Of a stretch of DNA of 64,000 nt, positions 1-9,326 are shown in pieces; positions within the stretch are counted from its first letter, which is position 1; the number at the start of each line of letters is the position of its first letter. The notes beneath the pieces were generated by a model. That model had not been told where the DNA came from and ran no database searches. It was given only the letters and a program-made list of their open reading frames with translations. A program made the translations under genes and the position numbers. The stretch lies in the NCBI GenBank assembly GCA_023439545.1, contig JAEXNT010000011.1, forward strand, positions 139,659-203,658. Direction: 5' to 3'. Origin of the DNA: Bacillota bacterium. Lineage in GTDB: Bacteria > Bacillota > Clostridia > Acetivibrionales > DTU013.

Positions 1-1053
1 CTATGCTGGCTGTCAGCCTGGCTAATCGGTTCAATCCCCTGGCTGATATCATTCGTGAGGTTATCAGGGTTACCTGATTCCGAAGTGACAGGAGTACTGT
101 CGGATTATATACGTTATTGCTTAGGCGGAATCTCATCGGGTATCCTGTTATCAAGCCTTATCCTGCCGGCGGGAATGCGGCTTGCCGACTTTTTGCGCGG
201 GCGCCTTAACAAGCGAGTCGAAACCGGCAGCCTGATAAATTTTTCGTCAGAGATGTCGGTCCGAGGCGCGTCTATACCTGTGATTCTTGTTGTCACAGCT
301 GTATACTCCATGCTGGCCTTTTCGCTTGTCACCAATACCGATATCCTGTTTCACAAAAGAAACCTTGGGCACGCCGTTTCCTATATTATGGGAAATCTGA
401 GCTACAACAGGTATACGGATGCACGAAACGAAGATGTTTGCCTTCTGGATATAAAGCTGCTGAACGAAAAGGACAAAACACCGGTGCGGGATATGCAGGC
501 AGCGATGTATCCCCTTGATTCCAAATCCGGCGGCAAGGTAATAGGCAATCAGGAAGCTTCTCCCGAAAAAACGGATGAGTACGGATCAGTCTCATTTTTA
601 CTCTCCGAAGGTGGATTCAGACTCGAACTATATCCTTCTGACTGGCCAGACTACGAAGGTCAGACTGTATCTGCTCCTCTTTCATATGATTTGAGTCTGT
701 CCTCACCCGGAATGACAGAGCTTATCGTTATACTCGGCAGCGACGCCGGAGCTGTAGACAACGGCAGCGGAATTGCAGACAACGACGTCGCTGCGAGCAA
801 TACCGTTACAGCGGCCAATCCTGTTAAGTCGAGCGAACCCACTAAATCAAGCGAACCCACTAAGTCGAGCGAATCCAGTAAATCAAGCGAACCCACTAAG
901 TCGAGCGAACCCACTAAATCGAGCGAACCCATTAAGTCGAGCGAATCCAGTAAATCAAGCGAATCAGGTAATTCAAGCGGCCCAAGCACAACAAGTATTC
1001 CCGCTATACCACGTTTGAAGATCGTAGAAGCATCGATGCAATACATGCCGTAA
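1..1053 (+). CDS. Hypothetical membrane/secreted protein (5' end outside window) with C-terminal (KSSEPT)n tail
   Basis: Reading frame is open from base 1 (ORF track starts at GTG 55). Hydrophobic N-terminal segments. No family recognised by eye. Confidence 0.45.
   Translation, partial: LCWLSAWLIGSIPWLISFVRLSGLPDSEVTGVLSDYIRYCLGGISSGILLSSLILPAGMRLADFLRGRLNKRVETGSLINFSSEMSVRGASIPVILVVTAVYSMLAFSLVTNTDILFHKRNLGHAVSYIMGNLSYNRYTDARNEDVCLLDIKLLNEKDKTPVRDMQAAMYPLDSKSGGKVIGNQEASPEKTDEYGSVSFLLSEGGFRLELYPSDWPDYEGQTVSAPLSYDLSLSSPGMTELIVILGSDAGAVDNGSGIADNDVAASNTVTAANPVKSSEPTKSSEPTKSSESSKSSEPTKSSEPTKSSEPIKSSESSKSSESGNSSGPSTTSIPAIPRLKIVEASMQYMP
826..969 (+). repeat. 18-bp coding tandem repeat, about 8 copies
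   Basis: Units of the aagtcgagcgaacccact type read directly; they translate to KSSEPT/KSSESS. Confidence 0.9.
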
Positions 1054-1131
1054 AATCAGGCAGCTATGGCAGCCGACTTTGGCAGGCGCATGTATCGTGG
1101 GGCAAGGTCCCTGTCCCTCTGTCCCACATAA

Positions 1132-1156
1132 AAAGCTGCCGTTTTCAGGCAGCTTT
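1132..1156. terminator. Hairpin terminator between convergent genes
   Basis: aaagctgcc-N7-ggcagcttt forms a 9-bp stem flanked by A/T runs on both sides. Confidence 0.6.
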
Positions 1157-1188
1157 CATTATGCTTTTGAATATTGGTTTACTTAGTC

Positions 1189-2562
1189 TTATTTAATATT
1201 GGGCAGATTTGCAATACTCTTTCTTACGTCCTCTTTCGAATAATCCACATCTATCATATTCCCGCTGAAATAGAGGTCATACGAAGACATATCGAAATAT
1301 CCGTGTCCGCTCAGGTTAAAGAGTATTACCTTCGATTCGCCCGCTTCCTTGTATTTCAATGCCTCGTCTATGGCAGCCTTTATGGCGTGGGAGGATTCCG
1401 GAGCCGGTACTATGCCCTCTGTACGAGCAAACAGGACGGCAGCGTCGAACACCGACTTCTGACCATATGCCTGAGCTTCGATGATGCCGTCATGATAAAG
1501 CTGGCTTACGATAGCCGAATCGCCATGATATCTCAGTCCGCCTGCATGGATGCCCTCCGGTGTAAAGTCATGTCCGAGAGTGTACATCTTTGCGATAGGA
1601 GCTACCCTGGCCGTATCACCGTAGTCATAAGCGAATATGCCTTTGGTAAGCGTCGGGCAGGCAGCCGGTTCCACCGCTACAGCTCTGACCTTGGCGCCAT
1701 CGAATTTATCCTTGATAAACGGGAACGAAATGCCTGAGAAGTTCGAACCTCCTCCGCAGCAGGCAAAAACCACATCGGGGTATTCATCTATTTTCTGCAT
1801 CTGAAGCTTTGCTTCCTGGCCAATGATAGTCTGGTGCAGGCATACATGGTTTAGAACGCTTCCGAGTGCGTAATTGGTATCATCATGGGTCGCCGCATCC
1901 TCTACTGCCTCGCTGATAGCTATTCCAAGGCTTCCTGTCGAATCCGGATCCTTTTCGAGTATCATCCTGCCCGAACCTGTCAGAGTGCTCGGGCTCGCAT
2001 GGACAGTAGCCCCGAAGGTCTGCATGAATGATCTCCTGTAGGGTTTTTGCTGATAGCTTACCTTTACCATGTAGACTGTACAATCCATGCCGAAATGACT
2101 GCAAGCCATGCTCAGAGCACTTCCCCACTGCCCGGCTCCCGTTTCGGTCGCGAGACGTTTGATGCCCGCTTTTTTATTGTAATAAGCCTGCGCAAGCGCT
2201 GAATTCAGCTTATGGCTTCCGGTGGCATTGACGCCCTCATACTTGTAATAGATCCTCGCAGGCGTATCCAGTGCTTTTTCAAGGCTCCTTGCCCTGAATA
2301 GGGGCGTAGGCCGCCACTGCCTGTACATGTCCCTTACTTCGTCAGGTATCTCGATATATCTTTCTGCAGACATTTCCTGGGCTATGAGCGCATCGGGAAA
2401 AATGGCCTTCATTTCCTCAGGCTTCATCGCTTCTCCGGTAAAGGGGCTGTAATACGGGGCGGGCTTGTTCGGCATGTCGGCAACGATATTGTACCAATGC
2501 CTCGGAATTTCGGACTCTTCCAAAAGAACTTTTACGACGTCATTTCTGCTCATGATTCTCAT
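1189..2562 (-). CDS. TrpB-like PLP enzyme (tryptophan synthase beta chain, type 2 group)
   Basis: 457 aa. TGSHKLNSA lysine context and GGGSNF glycine loop are typical of TrpB-like proteins. No other trp genes are adjacent. Confidence 0.85.
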   Translation of the reverse strand: MRIMSRNDVVKVLLEESEIPRHWYNIVADMPNKPAPYYSPFTGEAMKPEEMKAIFPDALIAQEMSAERYIEIPDEVRDMYRQWRPTPLFRARSLEKALDTPARIYYKYEGVNATGSHKLNSALAQAYYNKKAGIKRLATETGAGQWGSALSMACSHFGMDCTVYMVKVSYQQKPYRRSFMQTFGATVHASPSTLTGSGRMILEKDPDSTGSLGIAISEAVEDAATHDDTNYALGSVLNHVCLHQTIIGQEAKLQMQKIDEYPDVVFACCGGGSNFSGISFPFIKDKFDGAKVRAVAVEPAACPTLTKGIFAYDYGDTARVAPIAKMYTLGHDFTPEGIHAGGLRYHGDSAIVSQLYHDGIIEAQAYGQKSVFDAAVLFARTEGIVPAPESSHAIKAAIDEALKYKEAGESKVILFNLSGHGYFDMSSYDLYFSGNMIDVDYSKEDVRKSIANLPNIK

Positions 2563-2608
2563 CTCTCCTCATCTAATCTATTCTGACCTAATCTGATATC
2601 TGTTTTAT

Positions 2609-2637
2609 ATATTACAATATTATTACTTCATTTGCAA
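2609..2637 (-). promoter_or_regulatory. Sigma-A-type promoter upstream of the trpB-like gene
   Basis: On the minus strand: TTGCAA, 17 nt spacer, TAATAT. Confidence 0.4.
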
Positions 2638-2711
2638 GTAAATAATGGTAACGATCAAGTCGGCGTGTTGCCGTTTATCAGGTTACCGTCATCCTTAATT
2701 CAACCAGTTGG

Positions 2712-4019
2712 TCAATTACCAATATTGTCGCTGCCTGCTCCACTATCGCCTGCTTTACCTGTATTATTCCCATTCCCGTCGGACTTGTCCTTTTTCATGC
2801 CATAACGCTCGATATTAAGATCAACGCCCTTTGAACGGGCGAACCCGATCATATCGGTCAGCATAGCTTCGTTTGCAGCAGATAGTTTGTTTTGAGGAAT
2901 AACGAGCAGTACCTCCCTGCTTTTTATAGATTCCTTCTTAATTACTATTCCTTCGCTGCCCCAGGGTTTTTCCTGCCCCTTGTATTTGGCAAGCTCGTTT
3001 ATATAGCCCTTTAGCGTCTTCTCCGCATTTCCGCCGGTCTGATAACCAGCTGCCGTAAGATCCATGCTTTTTATCATAACCGCCTTCCCACCTTTGAATG
3101 CGGAGATTACGGGGAAGCTATCCGGCAGGTTCGCACCAAACAGCCTTCTTATTTTAAGCCCGCGCTGAAAATTGCTCAGCGACCATATATCCTCCTCGGC
3201 ATCGCCGGCCGTGCCGTCCAGGACTCCGCTGTCGTCATCTCCGCCAAGCCACGCCTTTGCCCGCGATCTCTGCACTATTTCAAGATCGGGCATAAAACTT
3301 AGCGGCAGAATCAGATTGACTTTATACCTCACTACTATATCGATATTTTCCTCACTGTCCGATAAAAAAGAAGATCCGCTGAAATCGAGTCCGTCAAAAC
3401 CGTTTTCTATATTGAGTATTTTAAGTCTCTGGTCAGCATTCTTTATACTGCCTGTCACCAGATACTTTTTCATATAGAGCTTCACAACAGGCGTAAAAAG
3501 CTGTGTCTTGGCGTCATTGACATAACCGGCGGCTATATAGCAGGCAATGGACTTAAGTTCGTCCAAAGGATCGGCAGCCGCAGCATCAGCCTGCTCGAGC
3601 AGCTTCCTGAAATTATCTCCGGCCTTGTCAAGCGAGTCGATATTATCTGCTGCGCTTCCCGCACTTTGCCCGGGGTTTTGTTCCGAGCCCTGCCGCGCGC
3701 CTGCCCCAATCGAGCTTAGGGAATCATAAGTCTCAAAGACACTGTTTATCTGATTTTTGAACAGTGCCGACCTGTCATTGACTTGATTACGTATCGTATC
3801 GTGAAGGTCCCGAATCCCGCTGATGTGGTAAACATAACCCGCAGACGCTATTTCGGATACGGTCTCATCAAGCGCATGCTGTATCAGCTCATATGTGCAC
3901 ACCGTCTTAACAAGGAAAAGCACCGTGAAAAAGGCGCATAAAAGAACAGGCATCACTAAAGCCGCTTCTACGGTCAATGCACCCTTCCGTTCCTTAAGCT
4001 TCGATTTCTCCGCCTCCAT
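2712..4019 (-). CDS. TadE-like protein with long C-terminal extension
   Basis: N-terminus KGALTVEAALVMPVLLCAFF is the TadE-like motif plus a TM helix. Last gene of a tight three-gene operon. Confidence 0.7.
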   Translation of the reverse strand: MEAEKSKLKERKGALTVEAALVMPVLLCAFFTVLFLVKTVCTYELIQHALDETVSEIASAGYVYHISGIRDLHDTIRNQVNDRSALFKNQINSVFETYDSLSSIGAGARQGSEQNPGQSAGSAADNIDSLDKAGDNFRKLLEQADAAAADPLDELKSIACYIAAGYVNDAKTQLFTPVVKLYMKKYLVTGSIKNADQRLKILNIENGFDGLDFSGSSFLSDSEENIDIVVRYKVNLILPLSFMPDLEIVQRSRAKAWLGGDDDSGVLDGTAGDAEEDIWSLSNFQRGLKIRRLFGANLPDSFPVISAFKGGKAVMIKSMDLTAAGYQTGGNAEKTLKGYINELAKYKGQEKPWGSEGIVIKKESIKSREVLLVIPQNKLSAANEAMLTDMIGFARSKGVDLNIERYGMKKDKSDGNGNNTGKAGDSGAGSDNIGN

Positions 4020-4030
4020 TGCAATTCCTC

Positions 4031-6520
4031 CTAATACCCTTCGTATACGAGCACCTTGAAGAGATATCTTCCGTCGGCAGTCTTCAGCGCCTTACTGATA
4101 AACGGACGCGTAATGAACAAATATTTCATCGATATCTCGGCCTCTACCCGAACATATGTCGAACTGTCCGTCATTCTGAAACTGCCTCTGCTTTTTTCGA
4201 GGTTCAGCTGTATCAGATCTTCGATCCTGTCGAGCTTTTTATTCTCGTCCACAGTAAGCAGGAATAGTCTCAAATAATCATGATAATTGAAATACAATCG
4301 TTTATCCGTATTAGGACCGGTTTGAGCGGGAATGCCTATATCAAGCTTCCAGTCGCCTTTCATTTTATAGATCGGGACTGATTCGCCCTGCATCAGGTCA
4401 GTGATATCTATTATCGCTTCGCCCATACCCCAGCCGCACATTATAAGGTTGGACAGGATAGGTATGCCTGCCCCTCCGGTCCACCAACCTGCGACTGCCG
4501 TTGCGACGCCGGTAGCCATCGACTTCTTTTTGGGATCGGTATAAACGTGGAGCGTATCGAGTCCGAACCTGACAAGCAGCACTTCACCCTTCGTCATTAT
4601 GCTATTTAGCTTTTGCGAAGGCTGCCCATGCAGTATGTACTCGGCTTCACCGTCATAGAAGGTATCGATTTTTCCTTTTTCGTTCCCGTGAAGATTTATA
4701 TCCTTTTCAGTACCGCTCCCGCTCTTCAATTCGGGAACGGCATTTTTAAAGCTTCCCATTATGTATTCATTAATATAGATATTATCCCTTAAGGCTGTAA
4801 GGTCTTCTCCCATCCTTTTCCCGATGTCTGAAACGAATCCGAGCACATTTTCCTGGAACATTCCATCCTCGTTATAAAGGTCCGCTTCCTCCCCTATATT
4901 CCCCAAGCAGCCGCCATATTCCACCGAGCCCCCTGAAGCCTCCGGAACCGAGCCGCCCTTTTTACCGAGCCCCAACAACTCCTCATCTTCCTTATCGAAA
5001 CTCGGAGTCGGTTTTTTAGTAACTGAAGGAAGGTCATTTTTCGATATCCCGGCTGTTTCATAATTGACATCCTGGAGGAGCTTCTCGGTAATGAATTTTC
5101 TCACGGCTTCTGCCTTGCCTTCTCTTGGATCCTCCTTTTCTCCGTCCCTGGCAGGCCTGAAATAATCATAGTCGACCTTGTAATAACCTTTTATCGTATC
5201 GAGCAACCCGGGAGGCAGGATAATATCGCCTATGTATCCCGTTCCTTGTCTGGCTGAATCGAGCTGTGACGCCACATCCTTCAGGAGCGAACTGTTGGAT
5301 CTCACATCTTCAAGTATTTCAGCTGCTTTCTGTCCGTCCAGTATCAATTGCTTCAACCCATCAAGCTCACTCTGCGTCCGTTCTCTGAAATCGGTGGAAA
5401 AAGCTCCGGCTTCGCCGGTAAAGTTTTCGCTGAGATATCCTTCGAGACCCTTAATAGCTTCCTGCGCTTTCCTTCCCTTCTCCGCTATGGCTTCCACCTC
5501 AATGACCGCGTCTTCGTTTTTCCCAATAAAGTCCTGTGTCAGTGAATTTCGCAATTGATCGAATACATCGCTCATTTCGTCTTCAGTGTCGTCGATGCTG
5601 TCCTCCAGCGACGAGCGTTCCTCCATCAGGCTACTCAGCGCGCTTTCCAGTGCATCGAGTGCGCTGCCGGAATCCGATCCGGAGCTGCTATCCGATCCGG
5701 AGCCCGTATCTCCGGTACCGCTACCCGATGCATTCCCTGCACTGCCACCCGTCTCCGTTCCCGGACTACTTTCCGAACCAGTGCTTTCCAGTTGCGATAT
5801 CTGCGACTCAAGCTCGCTGATATTGCTTTCTACGGAACTCAGGCTATTTTTCGCCGATGTCATGGCATCCTTGAGCGAATTGAAGCTTTTGAAAGCCGAC
5901 TCCCAACTGCCGTTCATATTGAAGCCGTTTATGAATTTCTCCGCGCTGCTTCCTAGGCCGTCGACCAGCTTCTTGAGCTTTTGCTGCGACTTATCCATCT
6001 TGCCGAGCAGTTTGTCTATTCCTACCTTTTGCTTGTACGCCCCGGACATTTTCCCAACATCCTTCACTGCGGAGAGTTTTTCGACAAATCCTTCGACCAA
6101 TTCCGCAGGCGCCCTGTATTTCATATATTCCAGTATCTGCTTCTTTGTGACATCGTTTTCACTGAGATTGAATACGGGAGTAACGCTTATCCTCTCGATC
6201 CTGAAGCCGAACAGGTCCGCGCTTCCCTTGTAGAAATCCTCCCCTGCCGGAATCGACAGATTGCAAGTAAGGTTTTCTTCGAAACAGTCCTGAAGACCGG
6301 CTTGATCATTTACCGTTATCGCAAAGATACCATAGTCATCTTTCAGCCTGCTGCCATAATCGGCAAGCAACGCTTTGGCCGCCGTATCTACAGCCCTTTT
6401 TACTATTGCCTTGCCGGCACTGATCCGCGATACGTCGACAAGCACTCCTGCCAATATCAGAAGAGCCGGAAGTAAAATAGCGGCAAACACTGTTACCTGG
6501 CCCGATCGTCCGTTTTTCAA
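4031..6520 (-). CDS. Large TadG-like (Tad N-terminal domain) protein, 829 aa
   Basis: N-terminus GQVTVFAAILLPALLILAGVLVDVSR resembles the TadG/Tad_N motif. Central coiled-coil and Ser/Gly-rich region. TTG start preceded by GGGGGT. Confidence 0.7.
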   Translation of the reverse strand: MKNGRSGQVTVFAAILLPALLILAGVLVDVSRISAGKAIVKRAVDTAAKALLADYGSRLKDDYGIFAITVNDQAGLQDCFEENLTCNLSIPAGEDFYKGSADLFGFRIERISVTPVFNLSENDVTKKQILEYMKYRAPAELVEGFVEKLSAVKDVGKMSGAYKQKVGIDKLLGKMDKSQQKLKKLVDGLGSSAEKFINGFNMNGSWESAFKSFNSLKDAMTSAKNSLSSVESNISELESQISQLESTGSESSPGTETGGSAGNASGSGTGDTGSGSDSSSGSDSGSALDALESALSSLMEERSSLEDSIDDTEDEMSDVFDQLRNSLTQDFIGKNEDAVIEVEAIAEKGRKAQEAIKGLEGYLSENFTGEAGAFSTDFRERTQSELDGLKQLILDGQKAAEILEDVRSNSSLLKDVASQLDSARQGTGYIGDIILPPGLLDTIKGYYKVDYDYFRPARDGEKEDPREGKAEAVRKFITEKLLQDVNYETAGISKNDLPSVTKKPTPSFDKEDEELLGLGKKGGSVPEASGGSVEYGGCLGNIGEEADLYNEDGMFQENVLGFVSDIGKRMGEDLTALRDNIYINEYIMGSFKNAVPELKSGSGTEKDINLHGNEKGKIDTFYDGEAEYILHGQPSQKLNSIMTKGEVLLVRFGLDTLHVYTDPKKKSMATGVATAVAGWWTGGAGIPILSNLIMCGWGMGEAIIDITDLMQGESVPIYKMKGDWKLDIGIPAQTGPNTDKRLYFNYHDYLRLFLLTVDENKKLDRIEDLIQLNLEKSRGSFRMTDSSTYVRVEAEISMKYLFITRPFISKALKTADGRYLFKVLVYEGY

Positions 6521-6535
6521 GTTATTACCCCCATA

Positions 6536-7189
6536 CTATTCCAAGAATTTAGAAAGCCTGTCCTTCATTTCCCTCATAGCATTTCTGGTCTTTTCAGCAA
6601 GGTTTTTCAACCCCGGGAACTTGTTTTCCAGCTTTTTTTCTACATCGAGTATGAAATCGGTCGTCCTGATCAATTCGGCAGGTTCGTCAACCGAGGAAAC
6701 AGCCACAGCAGAGATGTCGATGGTTTCACTTTTTCCGAGAAGCCCGCTCAGGCGTCCCAATGGATTTTTATAACTTTTGCTGACGCTTACGACCAGCTTT
6801 TTATAGATGACATAATCATTCAGTTCGGCTGAAACGGAGGTGTTGACCGGCTTAAGCAATTCATTGCGCGCTGCAAGCTTCAGTGCGTACTCTTCGACGT
6901 CGTCGAGCCTGCTTTCCTCTTCACTGTCAAAAAGCCTTCTATATATTTGAGGCTTTTTGATATCTTCAACGCCCGGTTTTCCTTCAAACGGCACATCCGT
7001 GCCTGAAGACCAGGCCAGAGCGCCCGCCTCCGCCGCACTTTCCGCGGCTGACTGTATCGCCGCCTTCTGCTGCAGCAGAAGCCCCATATATGCAATTGAA
7101 GCAATACAGAGTATTATTACCGGTATGATGATCGACGCCTCGACAGTAATACTCCCCTTGTTTTTTGCGCTTTCGACAATGATCCTCAT
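6536..7189 (-). CDS. TadE-like protein
   Basis: KGSITVEASIIIPVIILCIA motif. Start moved to ATG 7189 (GGAG 9 nt upstream); the ORF-track N-terminal extension lacks an RBS. Confidence 0.65.
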   Translation of the reverse strand: MRIIVESAKNKGSITVEASIIIPVIILCIASIAYMGLLLQQKAAIQSAAESAAEAGALAWSSGTDVPFEGKPGVEDIKKPQIYRRLFDSEEESRLDDVEEYALKLAARNELLKPVNTSVSAELNDYVIYKKLVVSVSKSYKNPLGRLSGLLGKSETIDISAVAVSSVDEPAELIRTTDFILDVEKKLENKFPGLKNLAEKTRNAMREMKDRLSKFLE

Positions 7190-7310
7190 TTGCTTAATCT
7201 CCATATATTTGTATATATTTCCATATTTATACATTTCATTGCTATTATACACCATTATTTGGTAAATATGAAGAAAATAATGAAGAAAATTAAAAAATAT
7301 CGCTCCGGTT

Positions 7311-9281
7311 TTATGAAAGCCTTATGTTTGTAATGTAAAAAGGATATCTCCCAGTAACTTTATCACGGGAAATATAGTTGAAAAGAAATACCGTATCGGC
7401 ATCGCTATCATATGAGACAGCGTTTTGCAGTCCTGCAGCATCCGGCAGCGTATAGGCGCCTTCAACGCCTTCAATTCCATCCTTGCAGCTTTGCCCGGTC
7501 TGATTGGACTCCGCCAAATGAAAGACTTCGAAATGAACTTTTTTGATCGATTGTTTGGGCGTCATGCCTGCAGTTTCAGGAATCAGGGCTTCTATTTTCC
7601 CACTGTCGCGCAGAAATTCAAAATATCTGTCCTGTAAAGCGGGTCTGCCCCTGCTCTCAAAAAATGCAGGCAGTGCGCCCGTATTATCGGATGCGAGAAA
7701 ATCAAGCCGCAGCAGCTCGCGGAACATACTCCGGCTGTTTTCATCCAGTTCTCCTTCGGCAAATCTGTCAAGCACCGTGTAAAACTCGCGAAGCGCCGCA
7801 GGTTTGGCCAGAAAACCGTTTTTCTCGTAAAACCCACGGAAGCTTTCAAAAAAGTCAAACGGAGAACCGAAACCAATTTTTATCAGATAGCCGAGCGAAT
7901 TGACAAAGCGTCCGCTGTTGTAGTATTTGTCCACAAGACCGGCTATGCCTTTCAGCGTCGTCAGTTCCTCATAATTTATATGTTCGCCCGAGAGTATCTC
8001 GTAGGGCGGTACATCCCGATACAGGTATCCCACGGCTTCAGCCGCGCTGCGGCGTGTTGTATGATTTGCGCGGCAGTTAGCTCCGGCCTCCGGACCTGTG
8101 CCCAAGCCCGGCCTTTGATCGGCTTCACGGCGCAGCCGCGTTCCCTTGAGAAATTTCAGGAAGCCAAGCTGCAGCTGATGAGGACCTGCTGAAAACACAC
8201 TGTCGAAAGAGCGGGCGAACGAGCTGTAATCCTCATATGGGAGCCCTGCGATCAGGTCCGCATGGATATGAACATTTCCCGCAGCCGTAAGCCTTTCGAT
8301 ATTTTGGAGCAGCCTTGCAGTATCGGTTTTCCTGCATACCGCAGAAAGAGCTTTTTCATTGGTGGACTGTACCCCTGCCTCTATCTGAATGAGACCCCTT
8401 GGCGAGTGTTCAAGGATTGACATGATTTCATCGTCAAAAAGGTCCGCTCCGACTTCGAAGTGGAAATTACAGCCGGACGAGCCATATCTTCCGGTTATAT
8501 GCTTCAGAAGCAGAGCGGCTCTTTCCCTGTTTGCATTAAATGTCCTGTCAACGAATTTTATCTGCGAAACACCCGATCCAACAAGCTTCTCCAAGTCTGA
8601 AAATATGCGTTTGGTTGAAAAAGTCCTGACCCCTTCCGAAACTGAAGAAAGGCAGTAGCTGCATGAAAAAGGGCAGCCTCTGGAAGCCTCGAAATAGGCG
8701 ATCTTGTTTTTAAGCGAAGCAAGCATTTCATCAGTATACGGCGACGGTATGTCATCCAGGTTTTTCACGAATGCCGGCGGCTTGCTCACGATGCCGGGAG
8801 CAGACCTGAAGGAAAGCCCGTCTATTAAGTCGAAGCCATCGATCGAGGCAATTCCCGTTTTGTCCGCAGAAGCAAGTCCCACCGATAACTTGTTGCAGAC
8901 TAGATGGGCTAATAGCTGAGGAAATGACTTTTCCCCCTCTCCCGCGAGGATAAAATCTATCTGCTCATGTTTTTCCAGCAATTCCCCGGCGTCATACGAT
9001 ACCTCCGGACCTCCCAGAACGATAATCGACCGCGGCAGAAGCTTCTTCAGGTCCGAGACAAGCTCGAGCACCAGACCAATATTCCATATATAGCAGGAAA
9101 AGGCTGTTACGTCAGGCTTATAACGATAGATGCCCTGCAGGATATCCCCGGCATATTCATTTATAGTACGTTCCAATATATCGACAGTCCCGCACTCAGG
9201 GCCGCATGACGCTTTGAGATACCAGGGCGCAAGAGCCGAATGGATATATTGGGAATTCAGCGCAACTATCAGCGTTTTCAT
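7311..9281 (-). CDS. B12-binding-domain radical SAM protein (DUF4080 type)
   Basis: N-terminal B12-binding-like domain, CPFSCSYC radical-SAM cluster motif, long C-terminal domain. Confidence 0.85.
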   Translation of the reverse strand: MKTLIVALNSQYIHSALAPWYLKASCGPECGTVDILERTINEYAGDILQGIYRYKPDVTAFSCYIWNIGLVLELVSDLKKLLPRSIIVLGGPEVSYDAGELLEKHEQIDFILAGEGEKSFPQLLAHLVCNKLSVGLASADKTGIASIDGFDLIDGLSFRSAPGIVSKPPAFVKNLDDIPSPYTDEMLASLKNKIAYFEASRGCPFSCSYCLSSVSEGVRTFSTKRIFSDLEKLVGSGVSQIKFVDRTFNANRERAALLLKHITGRYGSSGCNFHFEVGADLFDDEIMSILEHSPRGLIQIEAGVQSTNEKALSAVCRKTDTARLLQNIERLTAAGNVHIHADLIAGLPYEDYSSFARSFDSVFSAGPHQLQLGFLKFLKGTRLRREADQRPGLGTGPEAGANCRANHTTRRSAAEAVGYLYRDVPPYEILSGEHINYEELTTLKGIAGLVDKYYNSGRFVNSLGYLIKIGFGSPFDFFESFRGFYEKNGFLAKPAALREFYTVLDRFAEGELDENSRSMFRELLRLDFLASDNTGALPAFFESRGRPALQDRYFEFLRDSGKIEALIPETAGMTPKQSIKKVHFEVFHLAESNQTGQSCKDGIEGVEGAYTLPDAAGLQNAVSYDSDADTVFLFNYISRDKVTGRYPFYITNIRLS

Positions 9282-9326
9282 AATACCCCCGCAATGAGGC
9301 TATTATATATGACCTTGGGACCGTAT

